DNA of 64,000 bases from positions 378,014,001-378,078,000 of the forward strand of contig OZ024742.1 in assembly GCA_964016885.1 (NCBI GenBank), read 5' to 3'. The notes under the pieces were generated by a model that worked only from the letters and a program-made list of their open reading frames with translations, had not been told where the DNA came from and did not search any database. Below, piece by piece: positions 26,901 to 39,100 of the stretch; position 1 is the stretch's first letter; the number at the start of each line of letters is the position of its first letter. Both the position numbers and the translations under genes were made by a program. The stretch is from Eledone cirrhosa. Its lineage: Eukaryota.

Positions 26901-29900
26901 AGATAGTTTAACAAGTGACAGAAGTAGAAATATGTTCTAGTCTTCTGTAGAGATAGTTTAACACGTGACAGGAGTAGAAATATGTTCTAGTCTTCTGTAG
27001 AGGTAGTTTAACAAGTGACACAAGTAGAAATAGGTTCTATGTTCTAGTCTTCTGTCGAGATAGTTTAACAAGTGACAGAAGTAGAAATATGTTGTAGTCT
27101 TCTGTAGAGATAGTTTAACAAGTGACAGATGTAGAAATATGTTCTAGTCTTCTGTAGAGATAGTTTAACATGTGACAGATGTAGAAATATGTTCTAGTCT
27201 TCTGTAGAGATAGTTTAACATGTGACAGAAGTAGAAATATGTTCTTGTCTTCTGTAGAGGTAGTTTAACGAGTGACAGAAGTAGAAATATATTCCAGTCT
27301 TCTGTAGAGATAGTGTAACAAGCGACAGAAGTAGAAATATGTTCTAGTCTTCTGTAGAGATAGTTTTAAAAGGAACAGAAGTAGAAATATGTTCTAGTCT
27401 TCTGTAGAGATAGTTTAACAAGTGACAGAAGTAGAAATATGTTCTAGTCTTCTGTAGAGATAGTTTAACAACCGACAGAAGTAGAAATATGTTCTATGTT
27501 CTAGTCTTCTGTAGAGTTAGTTTAACAAGTGACACAAGTAGAAATATGTTCTAGTCTTCTGTAGAGATAGTTTAACGAGTGACAGGAGTAGAATTATGTT
27601 CTAGTCTTCTGTAGAGTTAGTTTAACAAGTGACAGAAGTAGGATTATGTTCTAGTCTTCTGTAGAGTTAGTATAACATGTGACAGAAGTAGAAATATGTT
27701 CTAGTCTTCTGTAGAGATAGTTTCACATGTGACAGAAGTAGAAATATGTTCTAGTCTTCTGTAGAGATAGTTTAACATGTGACAGAAGTAGAAATATGTT
27801 CTTGTCTTCTGTAGAGGTAGTTTAACGAGTGACAGAAGTAGAAATATATTCTAGTCTTCTGTAGAGATAGTTTAACAAGCGACAGAAGTAGAAATATGTT
27901 CTAGTCTTCTGTAGAGATAGTTTAACAAGTGACAGAAGTAGAAATATGTTCTAGTCTTCTGTAGAGATAGTTTAACAAGTGACAGATGTAGAAATATGTT
28001 CTAGTCTTCTGTAGAGATAGTTTAACAAGGGACAGAATTAGAAACATATTCTAGTCTTCTGTAGAGATAGTTTAACAAGTGACAGAAGTAGAAATATGCC
28101 ATTGTCTTCTGTGGAGATAGTTTAACAAGTGACAGAAGTAGAAATATGTTCTTGTCTTCTGTAGAGGTAGTTTAACGAGTGACAGAAGTAGAAATATGTT
28201 CTAGTCTTCAGTAGAGATAGTTTAACAAGCGACAGAAGTAGAAATATGTTCTAGTCTTCTGTAGAGATAGTTTAACAAGTGACAGATTTAGAAATATGTT
28301 CTAGTCTTCTGTAGAGATAGTTTAAAAAGGGACAGAAGTAGAAATATGTTCTAGTCTTCTGTAGAGATAGTTTAACAAGTAGCAGAAGTAGAAATATGTT
28401 CTAGTCTTCTGTAGAGATAGTTTAACAAGCGACAGAAGTAGAAATATGTTCTATGTTCTAGTCTTGTGTAGAGATAGTTTAACAAGTGACAGAAGTAGAA
28501 ATATGTTCTAGTCTTCTGTAGAGATAGTTTAACACGTGACAGGAGTAGAAATATGTTCTAGTCTTCTGTAGAGGTAGTTTAACAAGTGACACAAGTAGAA
28601 ATATGTTCTATGTTCTAGTCTTCTGTCGAGATAGTTTAACACGTGACAGAAGTAGAAATATGTTCTAGTCTTCTGTAGAGATAGTTTAACACGTGACAGG
28701 AGTGGAAATATGTTCTAGTCTTCTGTAGAGGTAGTTTAACAAGTGACACAAGTAGAAATATGTTCTATGTTCTAGTCTTCTGTAGAGATAGTTTCACATG
28801 TGACAGAAGTAGAAATATGTTCTAGTCTTCTGTAGAGATAGTTCAACACGTGACAAGAGTAGAATTATGTTCTAGTCTTCTGTAGAGATAGTTTAACAAG
28901 TGAGAGAAGTAGAAATATGTTCTTGTCTTCTGTAGAGGTAGTTTAACGAGTGACAGAAGTAGAAATATGTTCTAGTCCTCTGTAGAGATAGTTTAACAAG
29001 CGACAGAAGTTGAAATATGTTCTATGTTCTAGTCTTCTGTAGAGATAGTTTAACAAGTGACAGAAGTAGAAATATGTTCTAGTCTTCTATAGAGATAGTA
29101 TAACAAGGGACAGAATTAGAAATATGTTCTAGTCTTCTGTAGAGATAGTTTAACAAGTGACAGAAGTAGAAATATGTTGTAGTCTTCTGTAGAGATAGTT
29201 TAACAAGTGACAGATGTAGAAATATGTTCTAGTCTTCTGTAGAGATAGTTTAACATGTGACAGAAGTAGAAATATGTTCTAGTCTTCTGTAGAGATAGTT
29301 TAACATGTGACAGAAGTAGAAATATGTTCTTGTCTTCTGTAGAGGTAGTTTAACGAGTGACAGAAGTAGAAATATATTCCAGTCTTCTGTAGAGATAGTG
29401 TAACAAGCGACAGAAGTAGAAATATGTTCTAGTCTTCTGTAGAGATAGTTTTAAAAGGAACAGAAGTAGAAATATGTTCTAGTCTTCTGTAGAGATAGTT
29501 TAACAAGTGACAGAAGTAGAAATATGTTCTAGTCTTCTGTAGAGATAGTTTAACAACTGACAGAAGTAGAAATATGTTCTATGTTCTAGTCTTCTGTAGA
29601 GTTAGTTTAACAAGTGACACAAGTAGAAATATGTTCTAGTCTTCTGTAGAGATAGTTTAACGAGTGACAGGAGTAGAATTATGTTCTAGTCTTCTGTAGA
29701 GTTAGTTTAACAAGTGACAGAAGTAGGATTATGTTCTAGTCTTCTGTAGAGTTAGTATAACATGTGACAGAAGTAGAAATATGTTCTAGTCTTCTGTAGA
29801 GATAGTTTCACATGTGACAGAAGTAGAAATATGTTCTAGTCTTCTGTAGAGATAGTTTAACATGTGACAGAAGTAGAAATATGTTCTTGTCTTCTGTAGA

Positions 29901-32900
29901 GGTAGTTTAACGAGTGACAGAAGTAGAAATATATTCTAGTCTTCTGTAGAGATAGTTTAACAAGCGACAGAAGTAGAAATATGTTCTAGTCTTCTGTAGA
30001 GATAGTTTAACAAGTGACAGAAGTAGAAATATGTTCTAGTCTTCTGTAGAGATAGTTTAACAGGTGACAGATGTAGAAATATGTTCTAGTCTTCTGTAGA
30101 GATAGTTTAACAAGGGACAGAATTAGAAATATGTTCTAGTCTTCTGTAGAGATAGTTTAACAAGTGACAGAAGTAGAAATATGCCATTGTCTTCTGTGGA
30201 GATAGTTTAACAAGTGACAGAAGTAGAAATATGTTCTTGTCTTCTGTAGAGGTAGTTTAACGAGTGACAGAAGTAGAAATATGTTCTAGTCTTCAGTAGA
30301 GATAGTTTAACAAGCGACAGAAGTAGAAATATGTTCTACTCTTCTGTAGAGATAGTTTAACAAGTGACAGATTTAGAAATATGTTCTAGTCTTCTGTAGA
30401 GATAGTTTAAAAAGGGACAGAAGTAGAAATATGTTCTAGTCTTCTGTAGAGATAGTTTAACAAGTAGCAGAAGTAAAAATATGTTCTAGTCTTCTGTAGA
30501 GATAGTTTAACAAGCGACAGAAGTAGAAATATGTTCTATGTTCTAGTCTTGTGTAGAGATAGTTTAACAAGTGACAGAAGTAGAAATATGTTCTAGTCTT
30601 CTGTAGAGATAGTTTAACACGTGACAGGAGTAGAAATATGTTCTAGTCTTCTGTAGAGGTAGTTTAACAAGTGACACAAGTAGAAATATGTTCTATGTTC
30701 TAGTCTTCTGTCGAGATAGTTTAACAAGTGACAGAAGTAGAAACATGTTCTAGTCTTCTGTAGAGATAGTTTAACACGTGACAGGAGTAGAAATATGTTC
30801 TAGTCTTCTGTAGAGGTAGTTTAACAAGTGACACAAGTAGAAATATGTTCTATGTTCTAGTCTTCTGTAGAGATAGTTTCACATGTGACAGAAGTAGAAA
30901 TATGTTCTAGTCTTCTGTAGAGATAGTTCAACACGTGACAAGAGTAGAATTATGTTCTAGTCTTCTGTAGAGATAGTTTAACAAGTGAGAGAAGTAGAAA
31001 TATGTTCTTGTCTTCTGTAGAGGTAGTTTAACGAGTGACAGAAGTAGAAATATGTTCTAGTCCTCTGTAGAGATAGTTTAACAAGCGACAGAAGTTGAAA
31101 TATGTTCTATGTTCTAGTCTTCTGTAGAGATAGTTTAACAAGTGACAGAAGTAGAAATATGTTCTAGTCTTCTGTAGAGATAGTTTAACAAGTGACAGAA
31201 GTAGAAATATGTTCTAGTCTTCTGTAGAGATAGTTTAACAAGGGACAGAATTAGAAATATGTTCTAGTCTTCTGTAGAGATAGTTTAACAAGTGACAGAA
31301 GTAGAAATATGTTGTAGTCTTCTGTAGAGATAGTTTAACAAGTGACAGAAGTAGAAATATGCCATAGTCTTCTGTGGAGATAGTTTAACAAGTGACAGAA
31401 GTAGAAATATGTTCTTGTCTTCTGTAGAGGTAGTTTAACGAGTGACAGAAATAGAATTATGTTCTAGTCTTCAGTAGAGATAGTTTAACAAGCGACAGAA
31501 GTAGAAGTATGTTCTAGTCTTCTGTAGAGATAGTTTAACAAGTGACAGATTTAGAAATATGTTCTAGTCTTCTGTAGAGATAGTTTAAAAAGGGACAGAA
31601 GAAGAAATATGTTCTAGTCTTCTGTAGAGATAGTTTAACAAGTAGCAGAAGTAAAAATATGTTCTAGTCTTCTGTAGAGATAGTTTAACAAGCGACAGAA
31701 GTAGAAATATGTTCTATGTTCTAGTCTTCTGTAGAGATAGTTTAACAAGTGACAGAAGCAGAAATATGTTCTAGTCTTCTGTAGAGATAGTTTAACAAGT
31801 GACAATAGTAGAAATATGTTCTAGTCTTCTGTAGAGATAGTTTAACAAGGGACAGAAGTAGAAATATGTTCTAGTCTTCTGTAGAGATTGTTTAACAAGT
31901 GACAGATATAGAAATATGTTCTAGTCTTCTGTAGAGATAGTTTAACAAGTGACAGAATTAGTAATATGTTCTAGCCTTCTGTAGAGATAGTTTAACAAGT
32001 GACAGAAGTAAAAATATGTTCTAGTCTTCTGTAGAGGTAGTTTAACAAGTGACACAAGTAGAAATATGTTCTATGTTCTAGTCTTCTGTCGAGATAGTTT
32101 AACAATTGACAGAAGTAGAAATATGTTCTAGTCTTCTGTAGAGATAGTTTAACAAGTGACAGAAGTAGAAATATGTTCTACTCTTCTGTAGAGGTAGTTT
32201 AACAAGTGACAGAAGTAGAAATATGTTCTAGTCTTCTGTAGAGATAGTTTAACATGTGCCAGAAGTAGAAATATGTTCTAGTCTTCTGTAGAGATAGTTT
32301 AACAAGTGACAGAAGTAGAAATATGTTCTAGTCTTCTGTAGAGATAGTTTAACATGTGACAGAAGTAGAAATATATTCTAGTCTTCTGTAGAGATAGTTT
32401 AACACGTGGCAGGAGTAGAAATATGTTCTAGTCTTCTGTAGAGATAGTTTAACAAGTGACAGAAGTAGAAATATGTTCTAGTCTTCTGTAGAGATAGTTT
32501 AACAAGTGACAGAAGTAGAAATATGTTCTAGTCTTCTGTAGAGATAGTTTAACATGTGACAGAAGTAGAAATATGTTCTTGTCTTCTGTAGAGGTAGTTT
32601 AACGAGTGACAGAAGTGGAAATATATTCTAGTCTTCTGTAGAGATAGTTTAACACGTGACAGGAGTGGAAATATGTTCTAGTCTTCTGTAGAGATAGTTT
32701 AACAAGTGACAGAAGTAGAAACAAGTCCTAGTCTTCTGTGGAGATAGTGTAACAAGTGACAGAAGTAGAAATATGTTCTTGTCTTCTGTAGAGGTAGTTT
32801 AACGAGTGACAGAAGTAGAAATATGTTCTAGTATTCAGTAGAGATAGTTTAACAAGCGACAGAAGTAGAAATATGTTCTAGTCTTCTGTAGAGATAGTTT

Positions 32901-35900
32901 AACAAGTGACAGAATTAGAAATATGTTCTAGTCTTTTGTAGAGATAGTTTAAAAAGGGACAGAAGTAGAAATATGTTCTAGTCATCTGTAGAGAGAGTTT
33001 AACAAGTGACAGAAGTAGAAATATGTTCTAGTCTTCTGTAGAGATAGTTTAACAAGCGACAGAAGTAGAAATATGTTCTATGTTCTAGTCTTCTGTAGAG
33101 ATAGTTTAACAAGGGACAGGAGTAGAAATATGTTCTAGTCTTCTGTAGAGATAGTTTAACAAGTGACAGTAGTAGAAATATGTTCTAGTCTTCTGTAGAG
33201 ATAGTTTAACAAGGGACAGAAGTAGAAATATGTTCTAGTCTTCTCTAGAGATTGTTTAACAAGTGACAAATGTAGAAATATGTTCTAGTCTTCTGTAGAG
33301 ATAGTTTAACAAGTGACAGAAGTAGAAATATGTTCTAGTCGTCTGTAGAGATAGTTTAACAAGTGACAGAAGTAGAAATATGTTCTAGTCTTCTGTAGAG
33401 ATAGTTTAACAAGTGACAGAAGTAGAAATATGTTCTAGTCTTCTGTAGAGATAGTTTAACAAGTGACAGATGTAGAAATATGTTCTAGTCTTCTGTAGAG
33501 ATAGTTTAACAAGTAACAGGAGTAGAAATATGTTCTAGTCTTCTGTAGAGATAGTTTAACAAGTGACAGTAGTAGAAATATGTTCTAGTCTTCTGTAGAG
33601 ATAGTTTAACAAGGGACAGAAGTAGAAATATGTTCTAGTCTTCTCTAGAGATTGTTTAACAAGTGATAGATGTAGAAATATGTTCTAGTCTTCTGTAGAG
33701 ATAGTTTAACAAGTGACAGAAGTAGAAATATGTTCTAGTCTTCTGTAGAGATAGTTTAACAAGTGACAGAAGTAGAAATATGTTCTAGTCTTCTGTAGAG
33801 ATAGTTTAACAGGTAACAGATGTAGAAATATGTTCTAGTCTTCTGTAGAGATAGTTTCACAAGTGACAGAAGTAGAAATATGTTCTAGTCTTCTGTAGAG
33901 ATACTTTAACAAGTGACAGAAGTAGAAATATGTTCTAGTCTTCTGTAGAGATAGTGTAACATGTGACAGAAGTAGAAATATGTTCTTGTCTTCTGTAGAG
34001 GTAGTTTAACGAGTGACAGAAGTAGAAATATATTCTAGTCTTCTGTAGAGATAGTTTAACACGTGACAGGAGTAGAAATATGTTCTAGTCTTCTGTAGAG
34101 ATAGTTTAACAAGTGACAGAAGTAGAAATATGTCCTAGTCTTCTGTGGAGATAGTTTAACAAGTGACAGAAGTAGAAATATGTTCTTGTCTTCTGTAGAG
34201 GTAGTTTAACGAGTGACAGAAGTAGAAATATGTTCTAGTCTTCAGTAGAGATAGTTTAACAAGCGACAGAAGTAGAAATATGTTCTAGTCTTCTGTAGAC
34301 ATAGTTTAACAAGTGACAGAATTAGAAATATGTTCTAGTCTTTTGTAGAGATAGTTTAAAAAGGGACAGAAGTAGAAATATGTTCTAGTCATCTGTAGAG
34401 ATAGTTTAACAAGTGACAGAAGTATAAATATGTTCTATTCTTCTGTAGAGATAGTTTAACAAGCGACAGAAGTAGAAATATGTTCTATGTTCTAGTCTTT
34501 TGTAGAGATAGTTTAACAAGTGACAGAAGTAGAAATATGTTCTAGTCTTCTGTAGAGATAGTTTAACAAGTGACAGAAGTAGAAATATGTTCTAGTCTTC
34601 TGTGGAGATAGTTTAACAAGTGACAGAAGTAGAAATATGTTCTTGTCTTCTGTAGAGGTAGTTTAACGAGTGACAGAAGTAGAAATATGTTCTAGTCTTC
34701 AGTAGAGATAGATAAACAAGCGACAGAAGTAGAAATATGTTCTATGTTCTAGTCTTTTGTAGAGATAGTTTAACAAGTGACAGAAGTAGAAATATGTTCT
34801 AGTCTTCTGTAGAGATAGTTTAACAAGGGACAGAAGTAGAAATATGTTCTAGTCTTCTGCAGAGATAGTTTAACAAGTGACAGAAGTAGAAATATGTTCT
34901 TGTCTTCTGTAGAGGTAGTTTAACAAGGGACAGAAGTAGAAATATGTTCTAGTCTTCAGTAGAGATAGTTTAACAAGCGACAGAAGTAGAAATATGTTCT
35001 AGTCTTCTGTAGAGATAGTTTAACAAGTGACAGAATTAGAAATATGTTCTAGTCTTTTGTAGAGATGGTTTAAAAAGGGACAGAAGTAGAAATATGTTCT
35101 AGTCATCTGTAGAGATAGTTTAACAAGTGACAGAAGTAGAAATATGTTCTAGTCTTCTGTAGAGATAGTTTAACAAGCGACAGAAGTAGAAATATGTTCT
35201 ATGTTCTAGTCTTTTGTAGAGATAGTTTAACAAGTGACAGAAGTAGAAATATGTTCTAGTCTTCTGTAGAGATAGTTTAACAAGGGACAGAAGTAGAAAT
35301 ATGTTCTAGTCTTCTGTAGAGATAGTTTAACAAGTGACAGAAGTAGAAATATTTTCTAGTCTTCTGTAGAGGTAGTTTAACAAGTGACAGAAGTAGAAAT
35401 ATGTTCTAGTCTTCTGTAGAGATAGTTTAACAAGTAACAGATGTAGAAATATGTTCTAGTCTTCTGTAGAGGTAGTTTAACAAGTGACAGAAGTAGAAAT
35501 ATGTTCTAGTCTTCTGTAGATATAGTTTAACAAGTGACAGAAGTAGAAATATGTTCTAGTCTTCTGTAGAGATAGTTTAACAAGTGACAGAAGTAGAAAT
35601 ATGTTCTAGTCTTCTGTAGAGATAGTTTAACAAGTGACAGTAGTAGAAATATGTTCTAGTCTTCTGTAGAGATAGTTTAACAAGGGACAGAAGTAGAAAT
35701 ATGTTCTAGTCTTCTGTAGAGATTGTTTAACAAGTGACAGATGTAGAAATATGTTCTAGTCTTCTGTAGAGATAGTTTAACAAGTGACAGATTTAGAAAT
35801 ATGTTCTAGTCTTCTGTAGAGATAGTTTAAAAAGGGACAGAAGTAGAAATATGTTCTAGTCTTCTGTAGAGATAGTTTAACAAGTAGCAGAAGTAAAAAT

Positions 35901-36169
35901 ATGCTCTAGTCTTCTGTAGAGATAGTTTAACAAGCGACAGAAGTAGAAATATGTTCTATGTTCTAGTCTTGTGTAGAGATAGTTTAACAAGTGACAGAAG
36001 TAGAAATATGTTCTAGTCTTCTGTAGAGATAGTTTAACACGTGACAGGAGTAGAAATATGTTCTAGTCTTCTGTAGAGGTAGTTTAACAAGTGACACAAG
36101 TAGAAATAGGTTCTATGTTCTAGTCTTCTGTCGAGATAGTTTAACAAGTGACAGAAGTAGAAATATGTT
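17981..36169. repeat. Higher-order tandem duplication, period 9076 bp (179 monomers including 18 57-mers), 2 copies
   Basis: Four markers sit at offset 9076: ATTAGAAACATATT at 18961/28037, ACAAGTCC at 23645/32721, GATAGATAAAC at 25631/34707 and TAGGTTCT at 27031/36107. Confidence 0.93.
17990..22100. repeat. Older internal tandem duplication, period 2085 bp (41 monomers including 5 57-mers), nested within the 9076-bp unit
   Basis: TTCCAG occurs at 18216/20301 and the variant order is shared. Several SNP differences (e.g. CAACCG vs CAACTG, AAACATATT vs AAATATGTT) are faithfully copied into the second 9076 unit. Confidence 0.82.
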
Positions 36170-39100
36170 CTAGTCTTCTGTAGAGATAGTTTAACACGTG
36201 ACAGGAGTAGAAATATGTTCTAGTCTTCTGTAGAGGTAGTTTAACAAGTGACACAAGTAGAAATATGTTCTATGTTCTAGTCTTCTGTAGAGATAGTTTC
36301 ACATGTGACAGAAGTAGAAATATGTTCTAGTCTTCTGTAGAGATAGTTCAACACGTGACAAGAGTAGAATTATGTTCTAGTCTTCTGTAGAGATAGTTTA
36401 ACAAGTGACAGAAGTAGAAATATGTTCTAGTCTTCTGTAGAGATAGTTTAACAAGTGACAGAAGTAGAAATATGTTCTACTCTTCTGTAGAGGTAGTTTA
36501 ACAAGTGACAGAAGTAGAAATATGTTCTAGTCTTCTGTAGAGATAGTTTAACATGTGCCAGAAGTAGAAATATGTTCTAGTCTTCTGTAGAGATAGTTTA
36601 ACAAGTGACAGAAGTAGAAATATGTTCTAGTCTTCTGTAGAGATAGTTTAACATGTGACAGAAGTAGAAATATATTCTAGTCTTCTGTAGAGATAGTTTA
36701 ACACGTGACAGGAGTAGAAATATGTTCTAGTCTTCTGTAGAGATAGTTTAACAAGTGACAGAAGTAGAAATATGTTCTAGTCTTCTGTAGAGATAGTTTA
36801 ACAAGTGACAGAAGTAGAAATATGTTCTAGTCTTCTGTAGAGATAGTTTAACATGTGACAGAAGTAGAAATATGTTCTTGTCTTCTGTAGAGGTAGTTTA
36901 ACGAGTGACAGAAGTGGAAATATATTCTAGTCTTCTGTAGAGATAGTTTAACACGTGACAGGAGTGGAAATATGTTCTAGTCTTCTGTAGAGATAGTTTA
37001 ACAAGTGACAGAAGTAGAAACAAGTCCTAGTCTTCTGTGGAGATAGTGTAACAAGTGACAGAAGTAGAAATATGTTCTTGTCTTCTGTAGAGGTAGTTTA
37101 ACGAGTGACAGAAGTAGAAATATGTTCTAGTATTCAGTAGAGATAGTTTAACAAGCGACAGAAGTAGAAATATGTTCTAGTCTTCTGTAGAGATAGTTTA
37201 ACAAGTGACAGAATTAGAAATATGTTCTAGTCTTTTGTAGAGATAGTTTAAAAAGGGACAGAAGTAGAAATATGTTCTAGTCATCTGTAGAGAGAGTTTA
37301 ACAAGTGACAGAAGTAGAAATATGTTCTAGTCTTCTGTAGAGATAGTTTAACAAGCGACAGAAGTAGAAATATGTTCTATGTTCTAGTCTTCTGTAGAGA
37401 TAGTTTAACAAGGGACAGGAGTAGAAATATGTTCTAGTCTTCTGTAGAGATAGTTTAACAAGTGACAGTAGTAGAAATATGTTCTAGTCTTCTGTAGAGA
37501 TAGTTTAACAAGGGACAGAAGTAGAAATATGTTCTAGTCTTCTCTAGAGATTGTTTAACAAGTGACAAATGTAGAAATATGTTCTAGTCTTCTGTAGAGA
37601 TAGTTTAACAAGTGACAGAAGTAGAAATATGTTCTAGTCGTCTGTAGAGATAGTTTAACAAGTGACAGAAGTAGAAATATGTTCTAGTCTTCTGTAGAGA
37701 TAGTTTAACAAGTGACAGAAGTAGAAATATGTTCTAGTCTTCTGTAGAGATAGTTTAACAAGTGACAGATGTAGAAATATGTTCTAGTCTTCTGTAGAGA
37801 TAGTTTAACAAGTAACAGGAGTAGAAATATGTTCTAGTCTTCTGTAGAGATAGTTTAACAAGTGACAGTAGTAGAAATATGTTCTAGTCTTCTGTAGAGA
37901 TAGTTTAACAAGGGACAGAAGTAGAAATATGTTCTAGTCTTCTCTAGAGATTGTTTAACAAGTGATAGATGTAGAAATATGTTCTAGTCTTCTGTAGAGA
38001 TAGTTTAACAAGTGACAGAAGTAGAAATATGTTCTAGTCTTCTGTAGAGATAGTTTAACAAGTGACAGAAGTAGAAATATGTTCTAGTCTTCTGTAGAGA
38101 TAGTTTAACAGGTAACAGATGTAGAAATATGTTCTAGTCTTCTGTAGAGATAGTTTCACAAGTGACAGAAGTAGAAATATGTTCTAGTCTTCTGTAGAGA
38201 TACTTTAACAAGTGACAGAAGTAGAAATATGTTCTAGTCTTCTGTAGAGATAGTGTAACATGTGACAGAAGTAGAAATATGTTCTTGTCTTCTGTAGAGG
38301 TAGTTTAACGAGTGACAGAAGTAGAAATATATTCTAGTCTTCTGTAGAGATAGTTTAACACGTGACAGGAGTAGAAATATGTTCTAGTCTTCTGTAGAGA
38401 TAGTTTAACAAGTGACAGAAGTAGAAATATGTCCTAGTCTTCTGTGGAGATAGTTTAACAAGTGACAGAAGTAGAAATATGTTCTTGTCTTCTGTAGAGG
38501 TAGTTTAACGAGTGACAGAAGTAGAAATATGTTCTAGTCTTCAGTAGAGATAGTTTAACAAGCGACAGAAGTAGAAATATGTTCTAGTCTTCTGTAGACA
38601 TAGTTTAACAAGTGACAGAATTAGAAATATGTTCTAGTCTTTTGTAGAGATAGTTTAAAAAGGGACAGAAGTAGAAATATGTTCTAGTCATCTGTAGAGA
38701 TAGTTTAACAAGTGACAGAAGTATAAATATGTTCTAGTCTTCTGTGGAGATAGTTTAACAAGCGACAGAAGTAGAAATATGTTCTATGTTCTAGTCTTTT
38801 GTAGAGATAGTTTAACAAGTGACAGAAGTAGAAATATGTTCTAGTCTTCTGTAGAGATAGTTTAACAAGTGACAGAAGTAGAAATATGTTCTAGTCTTCT
38901 GTGGAGATAGTTTAACAAGTGACAGAAGTAGAAATATGTTCTTGTCTTCTGTAGAGGTAGTTTAACGAGTGACAGAAGTAGAAATATGTTCTAGTCTTCA
39001 GTAGAGATAGTTAAACAAGCGACAGAAGTAGAAATATGTTCTATGTTCTAGTCTTTTGTAGAGATAGATTAACAAGTGACAGAAGTAGAAATATGTTCTA

